This document shows positions 1 through 13,600 of a stretch of 64,000 nucleotides of DNA, in pieces; within the stretch, counting starts at the first letter, position 1; every line of letters begins with the position of its first letter. Position numbers and translations under genes: made by a program. Source of the DNA: Macrostomum hystrix (Eukaryota; Animalia; Platyhelminthes); NCBI GenBank assembly GCA_950097015.1, contig CATNEN010000007.1:2976001-3040000 (forward strand), given 5' to 3'. The notes under the pieces were generated by a model, which ran no database searches, was not told the DNA's origin, and saw only the letters and a list, made by a program, of their open reading frames with translations.

Positions 1-935
1 AATCTTCTCACACTCTCTCGTCAATCTTCTCACGCTCTCTCGTCACTCTTCTCACACTCTCTAGTCAATCTTCTCACACTCTCTCGTCAATCTTCTCACA
101 CTCTCTCGTCACTCTTCTCACACTCTCTCGTCACTCTTCTCACACTCTCTCGTCAATCTTCTCACACTCTGTAGTCAATCTTCTCACGCTCTCTCGTCAA
201 TCTTCTCACACTCTGTAGTCAATCTTCTCACGCTCTCTCGTCAATCTTCTCACGCTCTCTCGTCAATCTTCTCACACTCTCTCGTCACTCTTCTCACACT
301 CTCTCGTCACTCTTCTCACACTCTCTCGTCACTCTTCTCACACTCTCTCGTCACTCTTCTCACACTCTCTCGTCACTCTTCTCACACTCTGTAGTCAATC
401 TTCTCACACTCTGTAGTCAATCTTCTCACGCTCTCTCGTCACTCTTCTCACACTCTCTAGTCAATCTTCTCACACTCTCTCGTCAATCTTCTCACACTCT
501 CTCGTCACTCTTCTCACACTCTCTCGTCACTCTTCTCACACTCTCTCGTCAATCTTCTCACACTCTGTAGTCAATCTTCTCACACTCTCTCGTCAATCTT
601 CTCACACTCTGTAGTCAATCTTCTCACACTCTCTCGTCAATCTTCTCACACTCTGTAGTCAATCTTCTCACACTCTCTCGTCAATCTTTTCACACTCTCT
701 CGTCACTCTTCTCACACTCTCTAGTCAATCTTCTCACACTCTCTCGTCAATCTTCTCACACTCTGTAGTCAATCTTCTCACACTCTCTCGTCAATCTTCT
801 CACACTCTGTAGTCAATCTTCTCACACTCTCTCGTCAATCTCCTCACACTCTGTAGTCAATCTTCTCACACTCTCTCGACAATCTTCTCACACTCTGTAG
901 TCAATCTTCTCACGCTCTCTCGTCAATCTTCTCCC
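1..935. repeat. 22-bp minisatellite (CACTCTCTCGTCAATCTTCTCA)n, truncated by window edge
   Basis: Direct reading of tandem units with CTC/TAG and AAT/ACT variants. Confidence 0.97.
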
Positions 936-2129
936 ACTCGCTTGCCTCTCTCATCCCAATACCATATTCTCAGATTTTTCTCTTAACTCCCTAAGTTAGC
1001 ATTGGTATTGTTATTATATATTTAACTATTTTTAATTCTAATTCGGATTATAAGGCAATAACTTTTCCATGCAGCAAGCATTTTCTTCATCATATAATTT
1101 TGTTGATAATGAAAGCGGCGAACAAACCTAGTCACGTGACTTTGACACGTGTCGCTTCGAGATGGCCCATCTCTCCATGGACAAAGGAAGATCGCCAATA
1201 AGCTAGTCTGATCATTAACCTTCCAGTCCGATGTTAACAAGGCCAATAAAAGCCAGGAAAAACAATGTTAAATGCTTTATATTTGAGCCAGACATTCGTG
1301 TTCAACACCTGTGCAACACACTCCCACAAGCTGACCATAGCAAATTATATTATCATTGTTTTCCGAGGAGATGCATGGACAGCATCGATCTGAAGCGAAT
1401 AGGATCAAACTCGGAGTCGTATTATCTTTTTATTCTCCCCCGAGGGCGGCCCGAACAGCTGGGGGCTTGACTGTGAAGGAAGTGTGTCAAAATTTCCCAA
1501 CGATTTAATCCTCATCCAATGCAATGGAAAAAGTAGGGCTGGCGACAATTGTGTAGCCAGGGGGGACAGTGACCAGCCAGTGGGTTAAGCCGCGAAATTT
1601 TATTTAAGCCCCGCGTCACAATATTATTCCGTCTCCCCAGAAGCTAAATCCAAATGGTTGCCATGCCAACCGCGCTGTGAGATTCGACTAGAGCTTGGGT
1701 GCTAAAAACACACGTTCTCACTTCTGTATAGAATGGGATTTCAATCTCTCAACAATGCGAACGGGTGTTCCGGTGACAATTAGACCGGATAACAATCCCG
1801 CTTGAAATCTCACTTTCTTTTCATGCGAGTCAAATATAGAGCTTTAGGAAAATTATAACCGTAGGTGCCACCGCTAATGCCACGGCCCCCCTGTAGGTTT
1901 AACTACCAAAACTGTTGTCGGGCTTGAGTCTAACTGATGCATTAGCGGCTGTTAAATCCCATCGAGATAGTTGCTATAGTAAAACAACGAGTATTTCTTA
2001 TCACATTTCCACGTTCTATTATGCAACTTTGAGCATAGCCTGTGTGAGTCCATGCCAGTTTTTAATCTTTATCAACTCCATCCATCCTTCTCTCATATCC
2101 ATATTATTGTACACGTGAGTGTACACTCA

Positions 2130-2320
2130 GCACCAAAGTTCCTGGGTTCGATTCCGCGGCGAGGCCACATTTATTTGGGGCGCAGCAGCGGAGAGAAGGC
2201 TTGGGGGCTTGTCGTGCAATTTACGCCCTTGAGGGCCAACCTCCAAGGTACAGTGAGAGTGTACACAGCTTGACGATGAGAAAGTCAGTGCAGATGTACA
2301 CACCCGTGTGAGCGTGTGCT
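2130..2320 (+). mobile_element. tRNA-derived SINE, 5'-truncated copy (B box GGTTCGATTCC retained, A box missing)
   Basis: Near-identical to copies at 6539-6790 and 28825-29164(-): GTTCGATTCCGCGGCGAGGCCACATT...TGACGATGAGAAAGTCAG...GATGTACACACC. Confidence 0.85.
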
Positions 2321-2954
2321 TAAAATTCTCATTGTGACAGACTCAGATGTGAAAGAAATTCTCTACATACCAATAATCTGCACAGCCAATTTCAAATCTT
2401 TTCAACCAAGCATTGCCTGATTGCATCATGAGTTTATTAATGCATGCCAAGTCATAATAATCTATTGGCGTCACCTGTGTGCCTGCTTACTGGTTTTGTT
2501 TATCTAAACTTTCATCGTATGGGTCGTGTAGGATCGCACAGCTTGTCCTATATTAGCACACGTATTGCAAACAATGCAAACAATGGAGTATTTTTGGGTG
2601 ACAAAAAAACAAATTAGAAGCCGCCTCAGGCGAGTGTCTACAAACACGAGAACTATATCGTGTGTGATATAATATTACGGTTATGAGTGTAGTTGCACAA
2701 TCATACCGACTTGTATAATCTACTCTCATTTCATAAGATAATTCTGTTTTTTCCCTCATTTTCTTTTGTCTTATTTGTCGTTAATATATGGACCGATATC
2801 TTTATCAGATCATAGTCTAATAAAATTTGTTCAAATGCGCTAAATTGGCTTCGGAATTAAATCAATAAACCAATTGCAACCTCAGAACCACAATCACTGA
2901 ACATTCTATAGATTTTTTCTCATTCATATATCTCACAATCACTCACCTATATCT

Positions 2955-3430
2955 CAGATTCTCTTCTTCATCACCCAGTCTCTCTCCTTCATCTCACAGT
3001 CTCTCTCCTTTCTCTCACAGTCTCTCTCCTTCATCTCACAGTCTTTCTCCTTCATCTCACAGTCTCTCTCCTTTCTCTCACAGTCTCTCTCCTTTCTCTC
3101 ACAGTCTCTCTCCTTCATCTCACAGTCTCTCTCCTTTCTCTCACAGTCTCTCTCCTTTCTCTCACAGTCTCTCTCCTTCATCTCACAGTCTCTCTCCTTC
3201 ATCTCACAGTCTCTCTCCTTTCTCTCACAGTCTCTCTCTCTTTCATCTCACAGTCTCTCTTCTTCATCTCACAGTCTCTCTCCTTCATCTCACAGTCTCT
3301 CTCCTTCATCTCACAGTCTCTCTCCTTCATCTCACAGTCTCTCTCTCCTTCATCTCACAGTCTCTCTCCTTCATCTCACAGTCTCTCTCCTTCATCTCAC
3401 AGTCTCTCTCCTTTCTCTCAGATTCTCTCT
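2955..3430. repeat. 21-bp minisatellite (TCTCACAGTCTCTCTCCTTCA)n
   Basis: Tandem units; explains the spurious MKERDCE ORF on the - strand. Confidence 0.97.
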
Positions 3431-3454
3431 CCTTTATCTCAGTATTTAGTTTAT

Positions 3455-3740
3455 TTCATAATCTCTGACCTCTATCTCATAATCTCTGACCTATATCTCA
3501 CAGTCTCTGACCTCTATCTCATAATCTCTGGCCTCTATCTCATAATCTCTGACCTCTATCTCATAATCTCTGACCTCTATCTCATAATCTCTGACCTCTA
3601 TCTCACAGTCTCTGACCTCTATCTCACAGTCTCTGACCTCTATCTCACAGTCTCTGACCTCTATCTCACAGTCTCTGACCTCTATCTCATAATCTCTGAC
3701 CTCTATCTCACAGTCTCTGACCTCTATCTCACAGTCTATT
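3455..3740. repeat. 21-bp minisatellite (TCTCATAATCTCTGACCTCTA)n
   Basis: Tandem units read directly. Confidence 0.95.
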
Positions 3741-3900
3741 TCTCATGATCATATTCACTTGTTCTCATGATCACATTCACTTGTTCTCATGATCACATTC
3801 ACTTGTCCTCATGATCACATTCACTTGTTCTCATGATCACATTCACTTGTCCTCATGATCACATTCACTTGTCCTCATGATCATATTCACTTGTTCTCAT
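3741..3900. repeat. 22-bp minisatellite (TCATGATCACATTCACTTGTTC)n
   Basis: About 7 tandem units. Confidence 0.95.
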
Positions 3901-4552
3901 ATATTTACTAATTTATTTTCCAAACAGAGAACGCAAAACGCAGAATAATAATTTCAAATCGCGGTGAAAATCTAGCATTATTAATTAGACAATAAATCTG
4001 TGCCACCTTCCACAGGCACGGGCAGAAATGGCATCCATGATAATTATAAATAGCATATTCGTGTTACAAATAAAAAACACAGTCATAAATTTCACATTTT
4101 TTGTCGCAGAATTTTTTAGATACTAAAATATGCAGTTTCTTGGCACAGAGGTCTTGACTCTCAAATGAAGAAATCTAGTTTTGGTTTTAATACCAAACAC
4201 GCACCATTAATTCACAATGTTTTGGTGATAAATATTCATTCCTTTTTAGAAAGTTATTTACACTTTAAATTGATTTATTTTAATTAAGAGGGTTAAGACA
4301 CACTCCCAAAGCTAACACACACACTTTCCTATTGGCTGGCAGAACCGGGGTGGGCTGGGGTTGGACGGGAGAATGGAGATGGGGTGGAGGTTAGTGGTTT
4401 TGGGAGCGAGATTACAAAAAGCAAGGACAATTGGTTTCAACTCAGCTAACAATTATATATTGCTTCCCAGGACAGATTGAAAGGTTTTAGATTTGACAAG
4501 TCAATTCCATTCCCTTATCTATTCGGCAGGTCACAGCTTGGTGATACAGGTG

Positions 4553-4598
4553 ATGAACGAAGTTGTACAGTGCGACTCGGAGTCAAAGATCTGTACTG

Positions 4599-4676
<78 letters not shown>

Positions 4677-7600
4677 TGTCTCTGACCTCGGATAGCAGTA
4701 TGGAACCAGAAGAATCACTCAATGATCAGCAGCCGACGGTGAATCACACTGACGCCCAAATTGAAGAATCCGATGAAGAACAAGCGGTTCAAGAAGTTGA
4801 GATGGAAGACCAGCAACAGCAGCAGCAGCAGCAGCAGCAACTGGTGCTTCAGCAGCTAGCCAACGCCATCACGAATGGAATCACCAGCGAGCAGCTGGGA
4901 GGTGTCCAGGACTCCATGGAGATCATCAGGCAGCACATCGACTACCTGCAGACAATGGAGCGGGTGCTGCGTGGCGAGCGAATCCGCCTGAACTGCGTCA
5001 TCGCCCAGCAGCACGAGATTCTCGGATTGGCCCGAGACGAGGAAGAGAACGCCGACAACTGCGAAGGCCTCGCCGGTGGTAGCGGCCTGTCGGAGCTGGA
5101 CGAGACTGAGGATCAGCAGCAGCAGCAGGCCAACAATTTTCTAAAATTAGCGGCAGCTGCAGCAGCAGCAGCGGCCGCGGCTGCGTCAGCCAGCGACTCT
5201 GGCATCCAGCACTGCAGCTTGGCCGAGGATCCGAGCCGCGATTTGCAGTCTTCGAGAAGCTGCGGCAGCCCCTCGATGGACCAGACAGGCGGAGGTGAGT
5301 TGCGAAAGAAATCTATTTTACCCACACACCGCATACCTGTCACACACCTGTGTGACACACCTGTCACGCACATTTGATACTATTTTTAGCATTCTATAAA
5401 CAATCCGCAGCGCCCAACAAACAGTGGAAACTGACACTGAAATGCTGCACAATGCTGCACACTGAATGTGTGTAGGCCATCTCTTATTAATATATGCAAT
5501 CAAATTATAATACCCCCCCCCGAACTAAAATACAACCAAAAAAATCGAGGCGAGGAATATTAAGGCGGGCCAATGTATGTGGATATCTGATATCTGAGCT
5601 ATTCTGTTTACAAATGTAGAAAAGGAAGTGAAAGACCTGTATAATAAGCAATTCTCATTTGATCCTATTTCGCTTATAAACGCAATGAACTTGGACAGAA
5701 AATGTTGTATAAATATGTAGTATTACACTTATACCATCCTGGCTTGCTAAAAATCAATGAGTGTTGTTACAGACAAGCGCGTGTGGCTGTGAGCATATCA
5801 TTATTGCACTATGCATGCGCACAGGCACAGGGTCTCCATGAAAGTTATAGGTAATTCTACTCCTATTCTACTCCTATTCTAACATATTCCAAGGATGAAT
5901 GTAAACAATTGATACACCAATGTGTTCATGCAGAGTTTTATGACTCGCTGAAACACTTCTAGAGCTAGTTTGTTAATGACTTTAACTGGATTGCAATAAT
6001 TGGTTCATTGCAATTTGCTCAAACCAATTATACGAGCTTATAGGGGTTTTCATTTTCAAACTGAAATAAAATCATGAATTGTTGTGGATGTGTGCGATGC
6101 AGAAAAGGAAATTAAATTATTGTAACAAGCTTTTAAACATTTTTCCTGCCAGCACAGCAGCGCGATCATAAATTGGGTCGCAATTGCCTCATAACTTTTC
6201 TACAAGAAATTCAAACGAATTCATTTTATTGTTATTAGGGTAAAAAGGAAATTTCTTTTGAAGAACATTTTGATACCACCTGCAAGTGGATAAACAGACT
6301 ATTCTTTGTACAAATTATACACAACCTAAAACTATTACAATTGTTTCCAATCAGCAGTGCATGACGAAATATAGACTCAAATAATAGACTCAAGCTAACC
6401 CGGAGGGTTTAAAGTATAAGCTTGTAACAGATGAACTGGAAATTAGAAATTTATTGCGTCACTTCAGAACACCTTTGTCGCAATAAGCTTCATCGCTTTG
6501 TTAGTTTAAAAAATTAACAAAAAGTAAATATCATTGAGAGGGGTTTAGTGGCAGAGTGGTTAACGCGTTTGCCTCTCGAGCCAAGGTCCATAAGTTCGAT
6601 TCCGCGGCGAGGCCACATTCATTTGGGGCGCAGCAGCGGAGTGAAGGCTTGGGGGCTTGTTGTGCAATTCACGCTTTTGAGAACCAACCTCCAAGGCACA
6701 GTGAGAGTGCACACTGCCTGACGATGAGAAAGTCAGGGCAGATGTACACACCTGTGTGAGCGTGCGCCTGCGTACAGTATCTGTGTGATACTCTCCTGCT
6801 ATTGTTATTATCATTATTGTTGCATATTATCCAGTGTAATGCTTACTGATCCCTAATTAGCTATTTCTTCCCAACGTCACCTGAGTGTCATATCTGCCTT
6901 TTTATCCAATGCAGACAAAACTGAAGACTCAGACATCTACGCGTCATCAACGACCGCCTCTGGCCTCCGACTGTGGCATCAGCGAGGCTTCCGCTTTGAG
7001 GACTCCGGCGTCGCCGGATCGCCCGTGGACCTCAGCGGCAGCCGGAAGCGCCCGGCCGGCTCCCAGCTGCACCACCCGAGTCTGCTCCGCCAGCAAGCCA
7101 GATCGCAGGTCCCGGAGGACCCGGACCAGGTCGCCATCCTGTCTGGAAACAGCGATGACCCGCTGGACCAGTTCATGTACATTAACGACCAGCAGAATGT
7201 GAAATGGCGCCGGCTGTACGAGAAGCACAGCCGCATTCACCCGCCGAATCGGTGCGGCGAGTGCCTGAAGGATCTCAGCTGCAAGAGTGCCCTGATTATG
7301 CACTACCGGACTCACACGGGTGAGCTGATTGGGCCCTGGCTCATCTTGTTGAATCCTCATTCTGGAATACTAGATCAAATAGATCTTTGAGATCTGAAGA
7401 TAAAGAAAAACTCCCAACCTATAACTGCATTGTCTCCGGATCTCGAAAATTCTCAAGATCTTAAAAAATCACAACAGTAAAAAATCGCGGAATCCCAAAA
7501 ATCCTAATCTATCGATATTAGTCTGAAAAACAAAAGAGCCGAAAATTTTGGAACCCTAAAAATCCCACTTAACCGCCATAAATTTCATGAACACTTAAAA

Positions 7601-10600
7601 TCTCATAGGACTCATAAAATACCATAGATTCACAAAATACAGGCAACAACTCAAATCCCACGCATCCTCAAGTCTAAAAACTCCAGAAAACTCATCAAAT
7701 CCCGTACTCAAATCCTGCAAGCTCCTCGAATCCCATAAACTACTAAAATCCCACAAACTACTCAAATCCCATAAACTCCTCAAATCCCATAAACTACTCA
7801 AATCCCACAAACTCCTCAAATCCCACAAACTCCTCAAATCCCACAAACTACTCAAATCCCACAAACTCCTCAAATCCCACAAACTCCTCAAATCCCATAA
7901 ACTCCTCAAATCCCACAAACTCCTCAAATCCCATAAACTCCTCAAATCCCACAAACTACTCAAATCCCATAAACTCCTCAAATCCCATAAACTACTCAAA
8001 TCCCACAAACTCCTCAAATCCCACAAACTCCTCAAATCCCACAAACTACTCAAATCCCACAAACTCCTCAAATCCCACAAACTACTCAAATCCCATAAAC
8101 TCCTCAAATCCCATAAACTACTCAAATCCCACAAACTCCTCAAATCCCACAAACTCCTCAAATCCCACAAACTACTCAAATCCCACAAACTCCTCAAATC
8201 CCACAAACTCCTCAAATCTAAAGACAATCGCAACTCCCAACTCTCAAAATTTGAAACTTAAAAATCCCACTACAAGAATCCCTTCGAACTTCTGAAAACC
8301 GGCAGGCAATCCTGATCCCACTATAGGAGCAGAAATTTCTGTCCGCTTCAAGAAGACAGCGAGCTGTCGGTTCTCTTCCATGTCTTCATAATGAAGGAAT
8401 TCAAGAGTGATGCAGTCGGGCAAACTCGATTGCTGTCTCCTTTTTATTCTTTCAAGTTTTCCATGGCCCAGCAGAAGCCAGGAATGCCGCAGGATAGAAA
8501 AGGGAATTATTTGTCTTAAGACCGCGGGTCAACAGGGATTTGGCCCGGCCGAGCCCTCATAAATGAGTCTGTTTGACGACTTGAGCCACTCAACCCCGCT
8601 GGCAACACGCTGGTAGGACTGTGATGGAAAATCGTGTAATCACATTTGATTTCAAGAGGCCGCAGTCTCCGCCCGGCATGATGCAGTTTTAATAAATAAA
8701 AATGAGAGACAGGGCAGGGGGGAGGATTTTCTTATCTCGAGTTGCGGCCTCATTTCCACAGAATGCATGGCGGCCTTGCGAGGCTTCCAGGACTCAAGCG
8801 ACCCCCCGGCTCTGTAATGCAATTTGGCATTGAAGTCGTCAACTTCGGGTGGCTCTTAGCATTAGGATCAGTCTCTGAGAGATTGGAGATGCAGAAATCC
8901 CAAAAATCCCAATGCATGATCGGGTTAGGGGATGATCGTACCTCCGGGCTGAGGGTTCAAATAGTTATCATCCCAAAATGAATCTTCACTCCGCCGAATC
9001 TTCACTCCGCCGAATCTTCACTCCACGAATCTTCACTCCACCGAATCTTCACTCCGCCGAATCTTCACTCCGCCGAATCTTCACTCCGCCGAATCTTCAC
9101 TCCACGAATCTTCACTCCACCGAATCTTCACTCCGCCGAATCTTCACTCCGCCGAATCTTCACTCCGCCGAATCTTCACTCCACCGAATCTTCACTCCGC
9201 CGAATCTTCAATCCACCGAATCTTCACTCCGCCGAATCTTCACTCCACCGAATCTTCACTCCACCGAATCTTCACTCCGCCGAATCTTCAATCCACCGAA
9301 TCTTCACTCCACCGAATCTTCACTCCACCGAATCTTCACTCCGCCGAATCTTCACTCCACGGAATCTTCACTCCACCGAATCTTCACTCCGCCCAATCTT
9401 CACTCCACCGAATCTTCACTCCACGGAATCTTCACTCCACCGAATCTTCACTCCGCCGAATCCTCACTCCACCGAATCTTCACTCCACCGAATCTTCACT
9501 CCGCCGAATCTTCACTCCGCCGAATCTTCACTCCACCGAATCTTCACTCCGCCCAATCTTCACTCCGCCGAATCTTCACTCCGCCCAATCTTCACTCCAC
9601 CGAATCTTCACTCCACCGAATCTTCACTCCGCCGAATCTTCACTCCACCGAATCTTCACTCCACCGAATCTTCACTCCGCCGAATCTTCACTCCACGGAA
9701 TCTTCACTCCGCCGAATCTTCACTCCGCCGAATCTTCACTCCACCGAATCTTCACTCCGCCGAATCTTCACTCCACCGAATCTTCACTCCGCCGAATCTT
9801 CACTCCACGGAATCCTCACTCCGCCGAATCCTCACTCCGCCGAATCTTCACTCCACGGAATCTTCACTCCGCCGAATCTTCACTCCGCCGAATCTTCACT
9901 CCGCCGAATCTTCACTCCACCGAATCTTCACTCCGCCGAATCTTCACTCCACGAATCTTCACTCCACGGAATCTAAGAAAAACACGAAAACTTAGGCCCA
10001 TTTTGAAGCATATCAGACAAGCTATTCAACTGCAGACACTGAAATTGTTGAGCTGTGAAATGCAGCATTCTTAGCGACTTGTCAGGTCGGTTGATCTGAA
10101 ATACCTCTGCCTCACCTTGCAATATTGATGAGCCGGTGTTGGCGTTAATCGTTGAAGTTGGCTTTTTAATTAACAGAGGACGGCGGCCTGTCATCAGGTC
10201 GAATTCCCAGTTGGGAGATATTTTCAGCAGTTCTGAGTCCGGGGGTTGCACGACAGTTGAGTTGGGGGGGGAGATTTGGGTAGGGATAAAAATCCTCACC
10301 GCGGACTGCGCGCGATATGAAACGAATAGGAGCGACGCGACAATTAGCGGCGGGTGCAGTTTTTCCCCCTCGACTCTTTTTTCTTGGTCTCATGCCGGTC
10401 ATCTTGTCAAAAAATCTTTATTCCCGAACCACCGCGCCGCATACCAAAAACTGGCCGCCCGCGGGCTGTGATCTGATTACCCTCCTGACCCATCCCCATC
10501 CTCCATGCTCGACTCCACCCCCAGGCCGTCCCATCCCATGCCATGCCATGCTGCCGCTGCCGCTGCTGCTGCTGACCCGCCACTTCTTGGAATTAATTCG

Positions 10601-13600
10601 CGAGACCAACAAATTTAATATGACCGAGGCCCTGGCCCCACAATCTGCATAAATTTAATATTATTTCATATATGTATATAATATATATAAGTGGAATTCC
10701 CAGAACAACTGCGGCGGCATTGGCGGAATGAAATATCCCCCAGCCACTTCTCTGTCACCCTTTGATCCCAAGATCTCAAAGAATTAAGTTATCATCCATG
10801 ACTCGGTAGCTGCAGGGAGCCAAAAAGTTGAGCAGACATGAGACCCTCCTTCATGCCACACTGCACCCACCCCTCGCTTCAACCAATTTTCAAAGCAGAC
10901 ATATCCATGCTCATCTCCTGCTATAGTCGGCAAGACAGTCTCAAATTTCTTGAACATTTTCTTTCCAGCTTGAGGAGAGCATTCTCAAAAAGTCAGAGCG
11001 AACTAAAAGCAGAAAAAGGCTGCAATTGCGGCCACAGAAACGGCACCTTCGTGACAGGGGTGCTGAGTGAAAAAAATGGATAGATAAATTCCAGAACTTA
11101 TTTGCACCTGGACAAAATTGCAGACAGTTTAGCTGAGTCTGAGAGAATCCGCGTGTTTAAACAGGCACGCAAAGTTTTGAAGGCACCTCAGCAGAGAACC
11201 CTCTGTTTCTGAATTATAGATGTTATGAATTGCCGTGATGGGAATCTAAATCAGTGATTGCTGGCTGGGCCACTTGTCACGTGCAAGAATGGGTATCCAT
11301 AAAACATTTGGGAATCGAGGCGGATTTGGGGACGGATGGGCCCGGTTGATGCTTCATGTAGAATTGTTCACTCTTGTCCAATGCAAACCAGTTTTTGTTG
11401 ATGCCCCTAACTGAGCTCATCTATTTTTTTTAAGATTGTAATTTCAATCATAAAATGTCTCCTCTGCTGCCTCGCTCATGCATTATTACTCAAGACTGTC
11501 CCAGAACCCCATGCCTCATGCGCCCAGGTAATCCCATATAGGGATATTAAATGGCCTTAATTAACTCCCAAACAGGGGCCGTTTTTCAAATCGCTTTCCC
11601 TTTCTGCGCAGAGCATTGTGCCGTGGCCTGCGGCCTAAATCACTGGAGAATTTGGTCGGCTGACTAAGGCAGCTGCTCATTGTTTCTGACTAAGAACTGT
11701 GCTCATCATATTCATGAATGAGCACTAAGTCTCATTTATTGTCTGCAATGGGGACCCTGGCTAGGCTTATTGTTATTATTATTTCTCATAAAAATTCATG
11801 CCTCAAGACTTTGCGTGAGACCGTCTAACATCCCCCAGACTCAGGTCGGCTGACACCATTCTCTCGCTATCCACTGAATCCACAACCTCACTGACCTCAT
11901 CAATTATGACATGGCTGAGACTCATGCGCAGATGATTCCATGCTGATTTTCACTCGCCAACAATAACGCAGAGGAGAGGCCGTACATCTGCCGGATCTGC
12001 CACAAGAGCTTCACCACCAAGGGCAATCTGAAAACTCACCTGGGTGTACACCGAGAACTGCTGCCAATACTGCGTGGCATCGGCGCTTCGCCGCCAAGGA
12101 TGCTGCCGCCTCCGCCGCCGCCGCCTCCCCCTCCGCCACCTCCGCAGCCATCGACAACGTCCGAGACGATGCTGCCGCAGCTGCAGCTGCCAAAAACAAG
12201 TCAGCTGAACAAGCCACAGCTTGGCTGCGGCCTCATGAACGGTTGCAGCGAAAGCCAGGTAAACCCATTGTTAGCCGGTAATGTTCTATGACCAAACCTG
12301 CGAAACGAATGAAATAAGAATAGTTGCAGAAGGGCTGCGGGCACTGGCAGTTCTGCCCATTCCGCTGACTCCCGACAACACTCACACACTCACACACACT
12401 CACACACACTCACACACACTCACACACACTCACACACACTCACACACTCACACACACTCACACACACTCACACACACTCACACACACTCACACACACTCA
12501 CACACTCACACACACTCACACACACTCACACACACTCACACACTCACACACACTCACACACACTCACACACACTCACACACACTCACACACACTCACACA
12601 CACTCACACACTCACACACACTCACACACACTCACACACACTCACACACACTCACACACTCACACACACTCACACACACTCACACACACTCACACACACT
12701 CACACACTCACACACACTCACACACACTCACACACTCACACACTCACACACACTCACACACACTCACACACACTCACACACTCACACACACTCACACACA
12801 CTCACACACACTCACACACACTCACACACACTCACACACACTCACACACACTCACACACTCACACACACTCACACACTCACACACACTCACACACACTCA
12901 CACACACTCACACACACTCACACACACTCACACACTCACACACACTCACACACACTCACACACTCACACACACTCACACACACTCACACACACTCACACA
13001 CACTCACACACTCACACACACTCACACACTCACACACACTCACACACACTCACACACACTCACACACACTCACACACACTCACACACTCACACACACTCA
13101 CACACACTCACACACTCACACACACTCACACACACTCACACACACTCACACACTCACACACACTCACACACACTCACACACTCACACACACTCACACACA
13201 CTCACACACACTCACACACTCACACACACTCACACACACTCACACACACCCGTGTACACGACTCAAACGCTCCCTGACAAGAATGCGGCTCGCGAAATTA
13301 CCAACTGAATTTATTTAACCGCTTTAATGTCTAAGCTCTGAGCACAAATTAGTTTGTCCTGATAAGTTTGTGCGTGGTGCTTGACCAGCTGATTGTTGGC
13401 AAGCCTAGTCTATATCGTGTGCTGTCCAAAGCGCTGCCCTGTCTCGGAACTCAACAATTTCCAAGTCCACCCACAGCCCAGTTATTAATAAATTGAGGCA
13501 TGTCACATTCAGCTGGGTTGCTGATATGGCTGATGATCGCATTTTTTAAATATCATATCGAAAGCCAAAACCACAGCAGCAGCAGCAGCAGCAGGCGGAC

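Noticed and set aside
6546-6620. tRNA gene calls at the SINE heads and at 29370-29395 and 39370-39440
   Set aside because: A/B boxes only; I cannot fold a cloverleaf or acceptor stem; they are embedded in repeats
6715-6760. Hammerhead ribozyme in the SINE (CTGACGA..GAAA)
   Set aside because: Only 3 nt separate the core halves (no stem II) and there is no stem III/UH site; a simple hairpin explains it
2954-13318. Repetitive ORFs at 2954, 7595, 8978 and 12281
   Set aside because: Conceptual translations of mini/microsatellites without unique flanking coding context
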